The notes under the pieces are model-generated. The model had not been told where the DNA came from. It saw only the letters and a list, made by a program, of their open reading frames with translations, and did no database searches. Source: the human T2T-CHM13v2.0 reference genome, Homo sapiens. Taken from it: a stretch of DNA of 64,000 nt. Positions 60,870-64,000 of the stretch are shown here, one piece after another (position 1 is the stretch's first letter; each line of letters starts with the position of its first letter). The DNA is taken from NCBI RefSeq assembly GCF_009914755.1, contig NC_060926.1. One strand, 5' to 3'. A program made the translations under genes and the position numbers.

Positions 60870-61580
60870 TTTCTGTTAATTTTGAAATAAATTTTATTGT
60901 GTATTTTTAAGGTGCACAACATAAAGTTGTTACTATATTGAAGGAAATTAACATGTCCATCATCTTACACTTAACCTATTTTTGTTGTTGTTGTTTGAAA
61001 AAAGCAGTGATATGGTTTCTCCCCACAAAAATTTCATGTCAAATTGTAATCCCCAAGTGCCAAGGGAGATGGCCTGGTGGGAGGTGATTGGATCATAGGG
61101 GTGGATTCCCCCTTGCTGTTCTCATGTTAATGAGTGAGTTCTCAGGAGATTTGATGGTTTAAAAGTGTGTGGCACTTCCCCCCTCCTGCTCTCTTTCTCC
61201 TGCTATGCCATGGTAAAGATGTGCTTGCTTCCCCTTCCGCCATGATTGTAAGTTTCCTTAGGCCTCCCAGTCCAAAGAACTATGAATCAATTAAACCTGT
61301 TTTCTTCATAAATTATCCAGTCTCAGGGAGTTCATTATAGCGCGCAGCTACCATCTACTCATTTAGAAAAAATACTGAATAAAATACACTGTTTTTAACT
61401 ATAGTCTTCATGTTGTGCATTAGATCTGCAGACTAGTTCATCTAAATTTCTGCTACTTTGTATACTTTGAACTACATCTCTGCATATTTTTCCCCAACCC
61501 ACCCTTGAATAATCAGTTTTATTTTCTATCATTTGGCTTTTATTTTATTTTTGAAATTCCACATATGATATCATGCAATA
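60870..61580 (-). mobile_element. L1MA (MA8/9-like) 3' end interrupted by MSTA
   Basis: 'ttttaaggtgcacaacat', 'aactatagtcttcatgttgtgcattagatct'. Confidence 0.75.
61008..61342 (+). mobile_element. MSTA-type MaLR LTR (3' tip missing)
   Basis: 'tgatatggttt...gggaggtgattggatcat...ccatgattgtaagtttcc'; gcag flanks. Confidence 0.88.
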
Positions 61581-62399
61581 TTTAGATATTTATTTTTATT
61601 TTTATACCATTAAGTCTTACAGTAAATTGATGGAAATGTAGGGCCACGATCTAGAAATATATTAGCTCTACAGCATTTTAAAGAGTTTATACCAGTTCTA
61701 GACTCCTGAGTTCAGTTGTGGGTTTCAAAATATGTGAGGAAAAATAAATTACCAATCATTCAAGAGTAGATTGGTAAGGAAATGACTAAAGGCGAGGAAG
61801 ACTTTTAAACTTAAAGAGAAAACAATTAAATAGAAATGTTAATAATGTATTCAATGTTCTCTAAGTGTCATGAAGAATGTTTATATTATGTTGCTTTAGA
61901 GAAATGAAGCAGAATTAGAGTATAAAATGAAAGGTGAAAATTCGAGTTTCAGAGAAGACATAAAAACATTTGCTTAGTTAGGTGTCTAAAATGGTCTGCT
62001 TTTTAAACTTTAAACTTTCCATTTAGAAATTGCTCAAGCAAAGACTGAACGATGCATACATTACAGAAGTCTCACACCACACGTAAAGTGAGATAAGAAC
62101 TTAAACTATCATCAAGAATAAAATACATGAAGCCAATGAAAAAGCCTGAAATCTTATCCAGGATCAATGAAACACTTGAAGAAGTGTAAAAGGCAAGCAT
62201 AAAAATTTTTTTTTTGGTTTTGTTTGGTTACGTACACTTCTACAACCCCAACAGTTAAGTGTTGTTTTTTTTTTTTTTTTTCTACTCTGTGCACTATCCC
62301 CAGGAGACATAAGAGTTCTTAGCACATAACAGTAACAAAACAAATATTTGTTGAACAAATTAATACATACATACATTCTTGAATCATGTAATTCCCAAG

Positions 62400-62900
62400 G
62401 AAGGGGGCACAATTGCCAATGAACATAAACAGGCACTAAAATTGTTAAAGTGCCACTACAAAATACAACCTCAAAAGTAATTCAGCAGATAAAATCAATG
62501 AAAAAACTACGTCACACAATAACACAAATGAAAAGATACTATAAATTATGCACATTTAAATGGTTAACGAGGTGAAGGAAGATATAGCAATAGCAGTGAA
62601 AGGAGAATTATATTTTGTATGTTGGTAAAAGTAGAACTACAGTAATAAAATTTAGCCATCTGAATTTGAAAAACACTCAGTGGATTTTAAATTACAGATT
62701 AGGCACAGCTGAAAAAGAACTGGTAAACTGGAAGGCAGAGTTGAAGAAATTATTTTAAAAAAAGAAATTAGGAAGAAAGTTTACAAGTGGAAAATACAAT
62801 TAAAACGTCATATATACTATTAACAGAAATTCCAGAGAGAGTATAGTAATGATAATGATAACAATGATAATAAAAGCTTTTGAGAATTTAAAAACAAGGG
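62400..62900 (+). mobile_element. old L1M/HAL1 ORF1-like fragment
   Basis: 'agattaggcacagctgaaaaagaactggtaaactggaag' coiled-coil-coding L1 ORF1 pattern. Confidence 0.5.
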
Positions 62901-63121
62901 GCAATGCTTTTACTTCTATTAAGAAGTCTAATTCAGATGAACTCTCCTAACTGAAGACAAACGAAAAGAAGAATCTTGTCAAAATACAGCTTAGAAAACT
63001 TCTATAAAAGCATAAAAGGTCTAATACAATAATGAAAATTAACTGGCCATGATTAGGAAGAGGACAGAAATGCAAATATGTGACCTAGGCATTTAGAACA
63101 TTAAATATAGATAGAAAGGTT

Positions 63122-63172
<51 letters not shown>

Positions 63173-63176
63173 GATA
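63122..63176. repeat. (GATA)12 GAT GATA tetranucleotide STR
   Basis: counted directly. Confidence 0.97.
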
Positions 63177-63297
63177 GGGTATGCAACATGATGTTTTAAT
63201 GTACATATAAAGTGAAATGATTACTACAGTGTCTGAGGCACTTTAGTCTTGTTAGCATTTGATATTAACAGATAAAGTTCCTAAAAGGCTGGAATAT

Positions 63298-63329
63298 TTG
63301 TGTGTGTGTGTGTGCATGTGTGTGTGTGT
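63298..63329. repeat. (TG)n interrupted microsatellite
   Basis: direct repeat. Confidence 0.9.
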
Positions 63330-63699
63330 TGAGGAGTGGCATGTAAAATTTAAGAGACTTTATTAAATCATAGTTTTGGACCCTGAAAGGTATACCTTGA
63401 GTAAGATTAAGGCCATACTTATGCAGAACATCCAAGTCTGCAGTTTAAATACCACTTTTTAACCTATAGATCACAATTCCTAAAATTTGAGCAGAATAAT
63501 CCTGAAGTACCCCAGATCTATGCAAATGCAGACATTTCTTAGCATCATCTTTGGCCTAAGAATATTAACTCAGTACTTTTAAAAACAATGTTCAGTACAC
63601 AAAGATAATTAGATGCCCAAGAATCAGAAACAACCAGCAGCTTATTCTACTGAAAAAGATGGTGGCAAGGTCCTTTCATCTGTAACAGAATTATACATA

Positions 63700-63900
63700 A
63701 TTTTAAAAAAAAGCTCCTGGTATAGTATTCGTGTCCTTCTAGAGACAGAACACCTTGTTGTAGAATATCAAGTGACCATGTAACCAGAAATGCTTATGAT
63801 GAGCAAGATTCTGTCAGATCCATTAAATCTTAAATGTAGAAGACCTGGAAGCTATCCCTTATAGTGTGAAAGTGGTCCTGCCAGGACTGAGCAAGAATTT
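63700..63900 (+). mobile_element. ERVL/MaLR internal (pol connection region) fragment
   Basis: 'caagtgaccatgtaaccagaaatgc...cagatccattaaatc...gaaagtggt' resembles recalled ERVL-int. Confidence 0.45.
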
Positions 63901-64000
63901 AAATTGCACTGCTATAAATAAATAAAGAACCAAAGGGCCCAAGAAAGCCAAATCATCCAGCTTTTATCATTAATAATTTTAGTGTAGACACAATGGACTA

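Overview
AT-rich, CpG-depleted primate genomic DNA. AluY-type and L1PA3-type elements point to a catarrhine, most likely human or ape. I see no host protein-coding exon, RNA gene or CpG island, so this looks like a gene desert or a large intron. The window is a layered record of retro- and DNA transposons: 14 Alus, L1 fragments of many ages (including a 2.4-kb 5'-truncated L1PA3-like copy with an 18-bp TSD), MaLR/ERV1/ERVL LTRs, MER44A, MER6, MER58 and MER91 DNA transposons, MIR/L2, and microsatellites. It also holds a gag-only ERV1 remnant on the minus strand (~29.6-36.1 kb). All long ORFs are TE- or microsatellite-derived. The top observation is in the ERV leader. In proviral sense it carries a perfect replication-dependent histone 3' stem-loop (CCAAA-GGCTCT-TTTA-AGAGCC, 35539-35559) surrounded by four U7-snRNA-complementary HDE-like motifs. 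Other notable items are a 93-nt hairpin within a templated repeat cluster (29.0-29.2 kb), shared odd variants between two inverted L1s, and an old ~180-bp local duplication. Subfamily names come from recalled consensus sequences, not from a database search.
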